From Alphaproteobacteria bacterium UBA830 (GTDB taxonomy: Bacteria > Pseudomonadota > Alphaproteobacteria > MPNO01 > UBA830), in contig CAJIYX010000027.1 of assembly GCA_905181725.1 (NCBI GenBank), forward strand, positions 2,137 through 66,136: a stretch of DNA of 64,000 nucleotides, given 5' to 3'. Under the pieces are notes generated by a model, which saw nothing but the letters and a program-made list of their open reading frames with translations, was not told the DNA's origin and made no database searches. A program made the position numbers and the translations under genes. This document shows, piece by piece, positions 19,717 through 28,992 of the stretch (positions within the stretch are counted from its first letter, which is position 1; each line of letters begins with the position of its first letter).

Positions 19717-20742
19717 ATGACCAACAGATACTTCCTGACCAGAAAGCTCATCCCCGGACTCGCCGCCGCCGCGGCGGCCGTCACGGTATCCCTCAGCGCC
19801 AGCGCCGAACCCGTGAAAATACGCATCCAGTGGTCGGTCGCACCCGCCCATATCACCCCGCTGATTACGCAGGCGCCAAAAGGCATCTACAAAAATTACG
19901 GCAAAAGCTACGTCGTCGAGCCCGTCCGCATGCGCGGCAGCGGCCCTGCGCTGCAGGGCATCGCCGCCGGCGAAATCGATCTTGGTGGCATGAGCATTCA
20001 GGCGCTTGTCCGCGGCGTGAAACGCGCCAAGCTGGACCTGAAGGTCATCGCCCAGGTGATGTCGGGTGGCGTCGACGGCTACGGCTCGTCGGAATTTTAT
20101 GCCCGCGACGGCGAAATCACGAAACTTGAAGACCTCAAAGGCAAGATCATCGCCGTCAACGCTTTGGGCAGTTCCATCGATGCCGCCGTGCAGGCCCAGT
20201 TCGGTCGTCTGGGCTGGAAGGTCGGACGCGATTATCAGGTCGTGGAGGTTCGGTTCTCGGCAATGTTGCCCGCACTTCAGTCAAAACGAGTCGACCTCGC
20301 GCCGCTGCTGACACCGTTCAATCTGATCGCCAAAAAGAAAGGCGGCGTAAAATACATGTTCAATATGCGCGATGCGCTGGGGGCGACAGAAACCCTGCAA
20401 TGGATCGGACGCGCAGACTGGATCCAGAAGAACCGCGCCGCACTGGTCGATTTCATGGCCGACCATATCCGCTTCCGCACATGGCTGTACGACCCGAAAA
20501 GCCGCGAAGAGGTTCTTGCAACCCTGTCCAAGGTTACCAAACGTCCAGCGAAGAATTATGCCTCATGGGTCTTCACCAAGACGGATAACTACCGCGAGCC
20601 CAATGCGTTGGTGAATGTCGCCCGGATGCAGAAAAACGTGGACGACCTTGTGCGCCTCGGCGTTCTTAAGGAAAGCATTGCGGTCAAAAACTATATCGAT
20701 CTGTCTATCGCGCAGGAGGCCGCGGCCCGCGTAAACAAATGA
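19717..20742 (+). CDS. ABC transporter substrate-binding protein (NMT1/THI5-like, NitT/TauT family)
   Basis: Start chosen at ATG 19717 behind GGAGGA. Signal peptide ...AAAAAAVTVSLSASA/EP. Followed by its cognate ATPase and permeases. Confidence 0.8.
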   Translation: MTNRYFLTRKLIPGLAAAAAAVTVSLSASAEPVKIRIQWSVAPAHITPLITQAPKGIYKNYGKSYVVEPVRMRGSGPALQGIAAGEIDLGGMSIQALVRGVKRAKLDLKVIAQVMSGGVDGYGSSEFYARDGEITKLEDLKGKIIAVNALGSSIDAAVQAQFGRLGWKVGRDYQVVEVRFSAMLPALQSKRVDLAPLLTPFNLIAKKKGGVKYMFNMRDALGATETLQWIGRADWIQKNRAALVDFMADHIRFRTWLYDPKSREEVLATLSKVTKRPAKNYASWVFTKTDNYREPNALVNVARMQKNVDDLVRLGVLKESIAVKNYIDLSIAQEAAARVNK

Positions 20743-21563
20743 CGTCACGGACGCCGCCCGCGGAAACACCTTCCTCGGGCGGCATTTCAATCAGATCGGT
20801 CTGTCACGAATACAGGCCGGCCCGCGGCCGGCCTGTATTGGCGCTCGACAATATCGACCTTGAAATCAACGACCGCGAATTCGTGGCGATTCTCGGGCCG
20901 TCAGGTTGCGGCAAGTCGACACTGCTGTACCTGCTGGGCGGCTTTATGCCGCTGCAGCAGGGCGGTATCTCGGTGGGCGGGCGCGATATTACAGGCCCAG
21001 GGCCCGACCGCGGAATCGTGTTCCAAAACTTTGCCCTGTTCCCCTGGAAGACCGTCCGCCAGAATATTCTGTACGGTCTTGAAAAGCAGCGCCTGCCCAA
21101 AGACGAACGCGAACGGACCACCCGTCATTTTATCGACATGGTGCATCTGACCGGGTTCGAGGACAGCTATCCATCGCAGCTGTCGGGCGGCATGAAGCAA
21201 CGGGTCGCGATTGCCCGCACACTGGCCATCAACCCGGATACCCTGCTGATGGATGAGCCTTTCGGCGCGCTTGACGCCCAGACGCGAAGTCTGATGCAGG
21301 AAGAACTGCTGGCGATCTGGAACCGGTCACCCACAACCGTTGTATTCGTCACCCATGACGTGCGCGAAGCAGTGTTGCTTGCCGACCGCGTCGTCGTGAT
21401 GACCGCCCGGCCCGGCCGCGTGAAGAAAATCATCGACACCCGTTTCGAGGGCGGCATGAACGCGGAGATCGCCAAATCCCGGCCCTTCCTCGACCGGGTG
21501 GACGAAATCTGGGATCTCGTGCGCGAAGAAGCGATCGTCGCCGGTTCCGCCGGGGCCGGATAG
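20739..21563 (+). CDS. ABC transporter ATP-binding protein (NitT/TauT family)
   Basis: Walker A GPSGCGKST, signature LSGGMKQRVAIAR, Walker B LLMDEPFGALD. Confidence 0.9.
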   Translation: MTSRTPPAETPSSGGISIRSVCHEYRPARGRPVLALDNIDLEINDREFVAILGPSGCGKSTLLYLLGGFMPLQQGGISVGGRDITGPGPDRGIVFQNFALFPWKTVRQNILYGLEKQRLPKDERERTTRHFIDMVHLTGFEDSYPSQLSGGMKQRVAIARTLAINPDTLLMDEPFGALDAQTRSLMQEELLAIWNRSPTTVVFVTHDVREAVLLADRVVVMTARPGRVKKIIDTRFEGGMNAEIAKSRPFLDRVDEIWDLVREEAIVAGSAGAG

Positions 21564-21567
21564 ACCT

Positions 21568-22314
21568 GTGCGGCTGGTACACACCCTTTGGCGATTTACC
21601 CCGCTATTGCTGCTTGCAGTCGTTTGGGAAGCCGTGTCGCGGCTCGGCCTTGTATCGGAATTCGCACTGCCGCCATTCAGCGATGTTGTCACGGCGTTTT
21701 CCCGCCTGGCCGATGAAGGTCTGTGGGAGCATACCGCGCAATCGCTATACAGGGGCGCCACCGGATTCGCCTGCGCAGTCATCGTCGGTGTCCTGGCCGG
21801 CGTGCTGATGGCGTGGTACCGGCCGGTCCATATCCTGGTCAACCCGTTGCTGCGCTGTCTCTACCCGATGCCGAAATCAGCGCTCATCCCGCTGACGATC
21901 ATGTGGATCGGACTTGGCGACAATTCGAAAATCACCCTTATCTTTATCGGCTGCCTGTTGCCTGTGGTCCTGAGCGCGTTCAACGCGGCGCGTGGCGTTG
22001 ATCAAGTTCTGATCTGGTCGGCCCGCAGCATGGGCGCCCGCGAACGGGAGGTTCTCTGGGAGGTCGTCGTCCCCGCGGCGATGCCCGAAATTCTCAGCGG
22101 TATCCGGATTTCGCTGGCACTCGCGTTTATCCTACTGGTGTCGGGCGAACTGATCATCGCCAATAACGGGATCGGCTACCTGATCGACATTCTGGGCGAG
22201 GGCGGCGATTACGCGGGCATGTTTGCGGGCGTTGTCACGATCTCGACCATCGGGTTTTTTGCAGACCAGGGATACGTCGCCCTGACCCGCCGCATTCTGG
22301 CCTGGCGGGAATAG
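21568..22314 (+). CDS. ABC transporter permease
   Basis: 248 aa, polytopic, BPD-transport type, in operon with the ATPase. Confidence 0.85.
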   Translation: MRLVHTLWRFTPLLLLAVVWEAVSRLGLVSEFALPPFSDVVTAFSRLADEGLWEHTAQSLYRGATGFACAVIVGVLAGVLMAWYRPVHILVNPLLRCLYPMPKSALIPLTIMWIGLGDNSKITLIFIGCLLPVVLSAFNAARGVDQVLIWSARSMGAREREVLWEVVVPAAMPEILSGIRISLALAFILLVSGELIIANNGIGYLIDILGEGGDYAGMFAGVVTISTIGFFADQGYVALTRRILAWRE

Positions 22315-22317
22315 GCG

Positions 22318-23142
22318 ATGGCACGGACCCTCGGGAACGACACTCCCGGCACCGCCGGCCATTCGGCCCGGCGTGCCTTCGAGACCTTCGGTCCCTACCT
22401 GACCATCAGCCTGCTGCTGATCGCCTGGGAACTCGCATCCCGGCTGGAACTCGTCATCGCTTTTCTGTTGCCGCCGCTTTCGGTGGTGATTGTCCGCATT
22501 GCGACCGATTTTGCATCAGGTCAGTTGCCGATGGATATTGCGATCACGCTGTATCGGACATTGGTGGCGTTCGCGCTCGCCGCCATCGTCGGTGTGTCGA
22601 TCGGCATCCTTATTTCGCGCAATGCGACGGTGCGCTGGTTTTTCGATCCGCTGATATCGATCGGCCTGCCCATGCCGAAGATCGCCCTGCTGCCGGTCTT
22701 TATGCTGTGGTTCGGGTTATTCGATCTTTCGAAGATTCTGATGGTCGCCTTTTCGGCATCGTTCCAGATAATCATTGCGACCTGGGCGGCGACGCAATCG
22801 ATCGAAAAGGAGCTGATCTGGTCAGCCCAGAGCCTTGGGGCAAGCCGGCGCGAAATCCTGCGTGAGGTAATCCTGCCGGCGGCCATGCCGCAAATCCTGA
22901 CCGGTCTGCAGATCGCCCTGCCAATCTGCCTGATCGTCGTTCTGATCACCGAAATGATCATGGGTGGACAGGGTCTTGGCGATTCGATGCTCCGTAGTGC
23001 GCGCTATGTTGATTCGCCCGGCGTCTTTGCCGGTATTGTCGAAATCGGGATTGTCGGCTTTTGCGTTATCAGGGCGATGGAAGTCATCCGGCGACGGTTA
23101 CTGGTCTGGCATCAGGAAACACGGGAAGAAACGACGGTCTGA
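22318..23142 (+). CDS. ABC transporter permease (second subunit)
   Basis: 274 aa, a paralogue of the preceding permease (shared ...SARSMGA/SAQSLGASRREIL...VILPAAMP). Confidence 0.85.
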   Translation: MARTLGNDTPGTAGHSARRAFETFGPYLTISLLLIAWELASRLELVIAFLLPPLSVVIVRIATDFASGQLPMDIAITLYRTLVAFALAAIVGVSIGILISRNATVRWFFDPLISIGLPMPKIALLPVFMLWFGLFDLSKILMVAFSASFQIIIATWAATQSIEKELIWSAQSLGASRREILREVILPAAMPQILTGLQIALPICLIVVLITEMIMGGQGLGDSMLRSARYVDSPGVFAGIVEIGIVGFCVIRAMEVIRRRLLVWHQETREETTV

Positions 23143-23177
23143 CCCGGCGGTTTGATCCGGCCGCCTGGCCCCGCGCT

Positions 23178-23459
23178 CTATATCGTCTCATCGCGGTCCT
23201 CGCCAAAGCCATCGGTGACCAGCGCGGTGATCGCCGCCATCGCCGCGTCTGCGTCCGCCCCTTCGGAGATGACCGTAATCTCGGTCCCCTGCGCGGCACC
23301 GAGCAGTAGCAGCCCCATAATCGACAGGCCACCAACGGTTTCGCGGCCGTTCGATACCGTGATATCGGCCTCTAACGCCTCGGCAAGCGCGGTAAATTTT
23401 GCGGCGGCACGCGCATGCAGGCCCCGCTCGTTGATGATTTTCAGTGTTTTTTGAGCCAA
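23178..23459 (-). CDS. ptsH: Phosphocarrier protein HPr/NPr
   Basis: 93 aa. His-15 context INERGLHARAAAKF and Ser-46 context GGLSIMGLL. Confidence 0.9.
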   Translation of the reverse strand: MAQKTLKIINERGLHARAAAKFTALAEALEADITVSNGRETVGGLSIMGLLLLGAAQGTEITVISEGADADAAMAAITALVTDGFGEDRDETI

Positions 23460-23490
23460 GACCGTGTCCCGTGTGTCCCGTGCGATCCGC

Positions 23491-23898
23491 TCAGCCGGCG
23501 GAGACGTCGAGCACGTTCGAGGCGAGCTTTATATATTTACGCCCGGCTTCGCACGCCTCGGACACGGCAGCCGCCATGCCGGAGGATTTTCGCACACTCG
23601 CAAGCTTGACTAGCAGCGGCAGGTTAACGCCGGCGATCACCTCGATATTGGCTTCTTCCAGAATCGAGATCGCCAGGTTCGACGGCGTACCGCCGAACAT
23701 ATCGGTCAGCACGATAACGCCATCGCCCATTTCCGCCGCAGCAACCGCCGCGATAATATCCTGGCGCCGGGTTTCCATATTATCTTCCGGGCCGATGCAG
23801 ACCGTCTCAACCAGTTTCTGCGGGCCGACGACATGCTCCATCGCGGCGACAAATTCGTCGGCGAGCCGACCATGGGTGACAATTACAACTCCGATCAT
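23491..23898 (-). CDS. PTS EIIA component, mannose/fructose family (ManX-like)
   Basis: 135 aa, MIGVVIVTHGRLADEF (phospho-His context). Sits between rapZ and ptsH. Confidence 0.85.
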   Translation of the reverse strand: MIGVVIVTHGRLADEFVAAMEHVVGPQKLVETVCIGPEDNMETRRQDIIAAVAAAEMGDGVIVLTDMFGGTPSNLAISILEEANIEVIAGVNLPLLVKLASVRKSSGMAAAVSEACEAGRKYIKLASNVLDVSAG

Positions 23899-24842
23899 TT
23901 CACGGCCCCATCCTGTTTCAGGTCACGGTGGTTGACGCTCACCCGCTCACCCTTTTCTGCGAGCCAGGCGCCGAGCCGCTCGGCCGTATAGACCGAGCGA
24001 TGCTTGCCCCCGGTGCAGCCAACGGCAATCGTCAGATAGCTTTTGCCCTCGGCATCGAAGCGGGGCAGCAACGGTTCCAGCAACTGGGTAAGGTGGCGGA
24101 AATATTCTTCGAGATCCGGGTCCTGCTCGATAAAATCGCCGACCGGCCTGTCCAGCCCGCTTTGCGGTCGCAGCTCGTCGACATAATGCGGATTCTGCAG
24201 GAAGCGTACATCGAAGACGAGATCTGCTTCATGCGGCAGCCCGTGACGATAGGCGAAAGACGTCACGAACACCGCAAGCCCCGGCGCGCGCTCAAGTGCG
24301 TAGTTGGAATCCAGCAGCCGCTTCAATTCACCGATCGTCATGTCAGTGGTATCTATCACCTCGTCCGCGCGGTCGCGCAGTGGCGCCAGAAGCGTGCGTT
24401 CATGGGCGATCCCGTCGGTCACGCGGCGGTCAGGCGTGACCGGATGACGCCGCCGGGTCTCTGAAAAACGGCGTTGCAGGACTTCGGAATCGCAGTCAAG
24501 GAAAAGCAGCCGAACCCGGAAGGCCTCCATCCTGATCAGTCCATCGAGCTCTTCGAGAAACGGCGCCGCGCCGAAATCTCTGGTCCGTGCGTCGACCCCG
24601 ATGGCGAGCGGACGGCCACCGCCGGTGCCGGGTGTGAGCAGGCTGGACAGCAGTGACAGAGGCAGGTTATCGACCGCTTCATAGCCGAGATCTTCCAGCG
24701 CTTTCAGCGCGGTCGATCTTCCGGCGCCCGACATCCCGGTTACAATCACAACCGGAATCGCTGTATCTACGTCAGCGGTATCAGCGTCAGCTGGCCCTGC
24801 ACCCGCTGACGTCGCTGGCTGGCTACCCGGCGTCTCGGTCAT
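23895..24842 (-). CDS. rapZ: RNase adapter protein RapZ (YhbJ family P-loop NTPase)
   Basis: VIVTGMSGAGRSTALKALEDLGYEAVDNLP plus C-terminal IAVGCTGGKHRSV. Confidence 0.9.
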   Translation of the reverse strand: MTETPGSQPATSAGAGPADADTADVDTAIPVVIVTGMSGAGRSTALKALEDLGYEAVDNLPLSLLSSLLTPGTGGGRPLAIGVDARTRDFGAAPFLEELDGLIRMEAFRVRLLFLDCDSEVLQRRFSETRRRHPVTPDRRVTDGIAHERTLLAPLRDRADEVIDTTDMTIGELKRLLDSNYALERAPGLAVFVTSFAYRHGLPHEADLVFDVRFLQNPHYVDELRPQSGLDRPVGDFIEQDPDLEEYFRHLTQLLEPLLPRFDAEGKSYLTIAVGCTGGKHRSVYTAERLGAWLAEKGERVSVNHRDLKQDGAVK

Positions 24843-25374
24843 TTACCGGCCCCTCTTCATATTCGCGGCCCTCATCATGGCTGCCCTCATCGTGGCGCCC
24901 CTCACCGTGCAGACGGGCCCCCGTGACGGGGTCGTTTCGTCCTGACGCGTCATAAGCGGCGATCCGCAATTTCGCAACCGCTGTCTGTTCGAACGGCGCG
25001 ATCTCAACCCGGCGAACGCGCACCCCCGAACAGATCTCCCAATCTTCTACCGGCAGACGTTCGGCCACGCCACACCTGACAAGATCTGCGACCAGGCAAA
25101 TGGATACCCCGGAAACGAATGGCAGCCGGGCCAGTCCGACCCCGCGCAGCTCCAGCAGGCCCGCAAGTTCGGCCGGCGGCGATGCGCACAGAACACCGTC
25201 ATCCACGGTCAACCGCACCTGGTCATCTGCTACGAGAGTGGCACCTGCATCTATCAGGCGCAGCGCCTGGTCGGACTTTCCGGCGCCCGACGGGCCGCGC
25301 AGCAATATCCCGATATCGTCGAAGGTGACGCAGGTGGCGTGCATCGTGCCCCCCGCCGTCGCCGTCGCCGCCAC
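24823..25374 (-). CDS. hprK: Short (C-terminal-domain-only) HPr kinase/phosphorylase
   Basis: P-loop LLRGPSGAGKSDQALRLI and LELRGVG motif. This short form is typical of Alphaproteobacteria. A His/Asp/Glu-rich tail overlaps the rapZ start by 20 nt. Confidence 0.8.
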   Translation of the reverse strand: MAATATAGGTMHATCVTFDDIGILLRGPSGAGKSDQALRLIDAGATLVADDQVRLTVDDGVLCASPPAELAGLLELRGVGLARLPFVSGVSICLVADLVRCGVAERLPVEDWEICSGVRVRRVEIAPFEQTAVAKLRIAAYDASGRNDPVTGARLHGEGRHDEGSHDEGREYEEGPVNDRDAG

Positions 25375-25376
25375 CT

Positions 25377-27005
25377 TTACGATCCCGCTACCGGTAATCG
25401 CACGATGAAACGTGCGCCGAGCCGCTTTCCCTGTGCATCGTGAATGTTCTCGGCATGAATGATGCCGCCATGGGCCTCGATAATCTGGCGCGAAATGCTG
25501 AGCCCAAGACCGGAATGGCGACCGAAGCTCTCGCCCTCGGGCCGTTCGGAGTAAAACCGCTCGAAGATCGAATCCAGGCTGTCGACCGGAATGCCAGGCC
25601 CCTGATCGTCAATATGAACGACGACATCGCCCTGGTCCCGCCGCACCGAGAGCACGATTTCGCCGCCCGGCGGCGTGAAAGACCGCGCATTGCTGATCAG
25701 GTTCTGAAAGACCTGCACCAACCGGCCTTCTATGCCGCTGACCGTACAATTGGCAGATTCGCCACTGAACACGAGCCGGGGCGACTGGACGCGCTTATCA
25801 TCGGCCGCCCCTTCTCCACTGACCTGGGCCAGCGCGATCTCGTGAACCTGGACCAGCGCCGGGAGCAACCGGCCGAGATCGACGGCCTCCATCGCGGCGC
25901 GGGCAAGTTCGGCATCGAGCCGCGACGCATCCGAAATGTCACTGATCAGCCGATCAAGCCGTTTCACGTCGTCCTGGATGATGTCCATCAGCGCCACCTG
26001 CTTTGCCGGGTCGCCGACCCGCGCGACGGTCTCGACCGCGCTGCGTAACGAAGTCAGCGGATTCTTGATTTCATGTGCAACATCGGCGGCGAAGCTCTCA
26101 TTCGCCTCGATGCGCTGCCACAGCGCTTCGGTCATGTCGCGGAGGGATGCGGACAGATCGCCGATCTCGTCGCGACGGTGGGTAAAATCAGGAATCTCGT
26201 CGGCTTCGCCATGGCCGTGCCGCACGCGATCCGCCGCTGCCGCCAGGCGGCGAACAGGCCGCGCGATCGCGCTGGCAAGATACAGCGACAGCATCACCGT
26301 CAGCCCAAGCACGACGGCAAACACCTTGAGGATATCGAACTGGACCGCGCGGACGGCGGCGTCGATATCGTCGGCATTCGCCGTCAACAGGACGGCGCCG
26401 AGCACCTGCTTGAACCGCTGGACCGGGGCGGTGGCACCGAGCTGCATGCTGCCGCCTTCCTGCGACCAGCGCCCAGTACCGATTTCACCGTCGAGCGCCG
26501 CCGCCGCGATCGGCAGATCGGACGCCCGCAGCGGCACGGTGCTGGGAAATGGTGGCAGTCTTTCACCCGCCGGCATCAGCGCGACAAACAGATCGTAAAT
26601 ACCGTTAAACGCGGAAGTCGCCACATCGCTGTGATCCGGCGGCGGCAGGGCTTCAACCTGTACAGCGCCACCCTGCCCGGTCAGAAATAGGCTGTCGGCG
26701 ACCTCTGCCCCGGCGGCGTCAAAGACGCGGGCGCGCGTTCGTGTCGGCGCGGTCAGCCGGCGCAGCGTGGGCCTAGCCACATTGGGCAGAATAAATTGCG
26801 CGCCGTCGGGCCGGGTGCCGATCGCCCCTTCGCCCAGCGCGCCGGCAAATATCTCGGCCTGGGTCTCCAATGCGGCAAGCTCGGCCACGACCAGCCCTTC
26901 GCGGTATTCGTCGAGATACAGGATACCCGCGACGAGCATCGCCAGCGGCAGGACGTTCACGGTCAGTATGCGCCGCGTCAGCGGCGACAATAGCCGGCTG
27001 GTCAT
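25377..27005 (-). CDS. chvG: Sensor histidine kinase, ChvG/ExoS-like
   Basis: 542 aa with two TMs, HAMP, HisKA (FAADVAHEIKNPLTSL) and HATPase (GLGLSISRQI). Sits between chvI-like and hprK. Confidence 0.8.
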   Translation of the reverse strand: MTSRLLSPLTRRILTVNVLPLAMLVAGILYLDEYREGLVVAELAALETQAEIFAGALGEGAIGTRPDGAQFILPNVARPTLRRLTAPTRTRARVFDAAGAEVADSLFLTGQGGAVQVEALPPPDHSDVATSAFNGIYDLFVALMPAGERLPPFPSTVPLRASDLPIAAAALDGEIGTGRWSQEGGSMQLGATAPVQRFKQVLGAVLLTANADDIDAAVRAVQFDILKVFAVVLGLTVMLSLYLASAIARPVRRLAAAADRVRHGHGEADEIPDFTHRRDEIGDLSASLRDMTEALWQRIEANESFAADVAHEIKNPLTSLRSAVETVARVGDPAKQVALMDIIQDDVKRLDRLISDISDASRLDAELARAAMEAVDLGRLLPALVQVHEIALAQVSGEGAADDKRVQSPRLVFSGESANCTVSGIEGRLVQVFQNLISNARSFTPPGGEIVLSVRRDQGDVVVHIDDQGPGIPVDSLDSIFERFYSERPEGESFGRHSGLGLSISRQIIEAHGGIIHAENIHDAQGKRLGARFIVRLPVAGS

Positions 27006-27035
27006 TACGTGTACCCGCCGGACGTGCCCGGGCGT

Positions 27036-27797
27036 CTAGCCTTCGCGATAACGGTAGCCGATGCCGTACATGGTTTCGATTTCCGAGAATTCCGGATCGT
27101 TGGCGCGAAATTTCTTGCGCAGGCGCTTGATGTGGCTGTCAATCGTCCGATCGTCGACATAGATAGATTCGCCATAGGCCGAGTCCATAAGCTGGTCGCG
27201 CGATTTAACATGGCCAGGATGCTGCGCGAGCGCCTTCAGGATCAGAAATTCCGTGACCGTAAGGTCAACCGGTCTATTTTGCCATGTGCAACCGAACCTG
27301 TCGAGGTCGAGGCGTAAATCACCGCGGAGCACGGGCGGTTCGGCGTCTTCGCCGTCTTCCTCCTCGGCCAGGCGATCACGGCGGCGCAGCAGCGTGCGGA
27401 TGCGCTCGATCAACAGGCGTTGGGAAAACGGCTTCTTTATATAATCGTCCGCGCCCATCCGCAGACCCAGGATTTCATCAACCTCGTCATCCTTCGACGT
27501 CAAGAAAATGACCGGCATTTTTGACTGGCGGCGCAGGCGGCTGAGCAATTCCATGCCGTCCATCCGGGGCATTTTGATATCGAGGATCGCGAGGTCCACC
27601 GGCTTCGCCGACAGGCCCCGCAGCGCGGAATCGCCATCGACATAGGTGCGAACGTCGAATCCTTCAGCTTCAAGGGTCATCGAGACGGACGCCAGAATAT
27701 TCCGGTCGTCGTCAACCAGCGCGATGGTCGAGCGCGCCTCGACAGCCGGCGAGATATCAGCGGGGATAATCGTATCGGTCATAACGGTCATCTTCAC
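27036..27797 (-). CDS. chvI: OmpR-family response regulator, ChvI-like
   Basis: Receiver domain (IALVDDD..., [10 protein letters not shown]) plus winged-helix output. Divergent from pckA, as in known chvI loci. Confidence 0.85.
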   Translation of the reverse strand: MKMTVMTDTIIPADISPAVEARSTIALVDDDRNILASVSMTLEAEGFDVRTYVDGDSALRGLSAKPVDLAILDIKMPRMDGMELLSRLRRQSKMPVIFLTSKDDEVDEILGLRMGADDYIKKPFSQRLLIERIRTLLRRRDRLAEEEDGEDAEPPVLRGDLRLDLDRFGCTWQNRPVDLTVTEFLILKALAQHPGHVKSRDQLMDSAYGESIYVDDRTIDSHIKRLRKKFRANDPEFSEIETMYGIGYRYREG

Positions 27798-27910
27798 ACT
27801 CCGGACGGTTAGCGTAATGAAACTGGGTGGGTCACGGGCAGGCCGCGTTTTTTATCGATGAAGATAAAGTACATCGTAATTAGGGCGGAAATGGGGCATG
27901 AATCTACGTG

Positions 27911-27950
27911 TTTCAAGGAAAATTGACCGCTTTCAAAGAAAATTGACCGC
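27911..27950. promoter_or_regulatory. Tandem 20-bp direct repeat TTTCAA(G/A)GAAAATTGACCGC x2 in the chvI / hugZ-like divergent intergenic region
   Basis: 19 of 20 positions identical and head-to-tail, within an AT-rich promoter region. Confidence 0.5.
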
Positions 27951-28049
27951 CCGTGACACGCCACGGACCCTGGATCGTCGCCCGAATACCGGTGAAATCA
28001 TTAAGGTATTGCATCTAAATTATGAGCCACGCCCCTTGACCACAAACCC

Positions 28050-28802
28050 ATGTTCAGCGGAATCTTGCCCATGACTACCGATACATCTGCACCACAATTA
28101 CCCCCCGAAAGCCGCTCCCGCGGTCTCATTCGCAGTAGCGACCGTGCTGTTCTCTCCACGGCGATGACCGGTGACGGCTGGCCCTACGGCTCGCTGGTGA
28201 TGACCGCCTGTGACCATGCCGCAAGACCGCTATTGCTGATCTCGGAGCTTGCCGAGCATACCAAGAACCTGGCCACAGATACGCGGGCGTCGCTGCTGTT
28301 CGACGGAACCGCAGGTCTGGACAGCCCGTTGACGGGTGCGCGGGTCACCGTGATGGGTCGTCTGACACCGACCAAGGACGCCGCCCTGACCGCCCGGTAC
28401 GTCGCCCGTCACCCCGATGCTGAAATGTATCTCGGCTTCGCCGATTTCAGGGTGTTCGAAATGACCGTCGATCGCGCGCATATCGTCGCCGGATTCGGGG
28501 CGATCCACTGGATCGACGCGCCGGACCTGCTGTTTGATATCACCGTCCACGAAGATCTGGCCGCCGCAGAAAGCGATGTCGTCGATCATATGAACCAGGA
28601 CCACGCCGACGCGATCCAGCTATATGCAACGAAGCTGCTGGGCCTCGAAGCCGGTGACTGGAAGATGACCGGTGTTGACCCGGAAGGGTTGGACCTGCGG
28701 GACGGCGGCCGAACCGGCCGGGTAACCTTCGAAAATCCCGTCGGGGATGCAGAAGCCGCGCGTTCCATACTAGTGCGTATGGTCAAGGCTGCCCGGCAGT
28801 AG
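28050..28802 (+). CDS. HugZ-like / PNPOx-fold + DUF2470 protein (putative heme utilisation/degradation)
   Basis: 250 aa. N-terminal split-barrel region (GWPYGSLVMTACD...) and C-terminal DHMNQDHADA motif. The start may be ATG 28071. Confidence 0.6.
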   Translation: MFSGILPMTTDTSAPQLPPESRSRGLIRSSDRAVLSTAMTGDGWPYGSLVMTACDHAARPLLLISELAEHTKNLATDTRASLLFDGTAGLDSPLTGARVTVMGRLTPTKDAALTARYVARHPDAEMYLGFADFRVFEMTVDRAHIVAGFGAIHWIDAPDLLFDITVHEDLAAAESDVVDHMNQDHADAIQLYATKLLGLEAGDWKMTGVDPEGLDLRDGGRTGRVTFENPVGDAEAARSILVRMVKAARQ

Positions 28803-28992
28803 CGCAACAACGGCATACTCGCCGGAAAATCGGTGAAAAAGCGACTCATTCCGGCGGAGTCCCGTTGACTCCGAGGACGTCCGCAGTATGTTGCAAAGCA
28901 ATTACAGTTCAATAATATCAAGGCGAAGACTCGATATTGTGCGGGCGCGTAACAGCCGTAGCGCACTCGCCTTTCTTGTTCAGGAGAAAAAC

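Noticed and set aside
24823-25374. Very short HprK (183 aa) as a possible truncated pseudogene.
   Set aside because: Alphaproteobacterial HprK naturally lacks the N-terminal domain. The P-loop and catalytic region are intact, and the gene sits in its canonical chvG-hprK-rapZ context.
27911-27950. Short tandem repeats (also 828..863, 18848..18877, 40103..40122) as a possible CRISPR array.
   Set aside because: There are only two or three contiguous units of 10-20 bp with no spacers between them, and no cas genes in the window.
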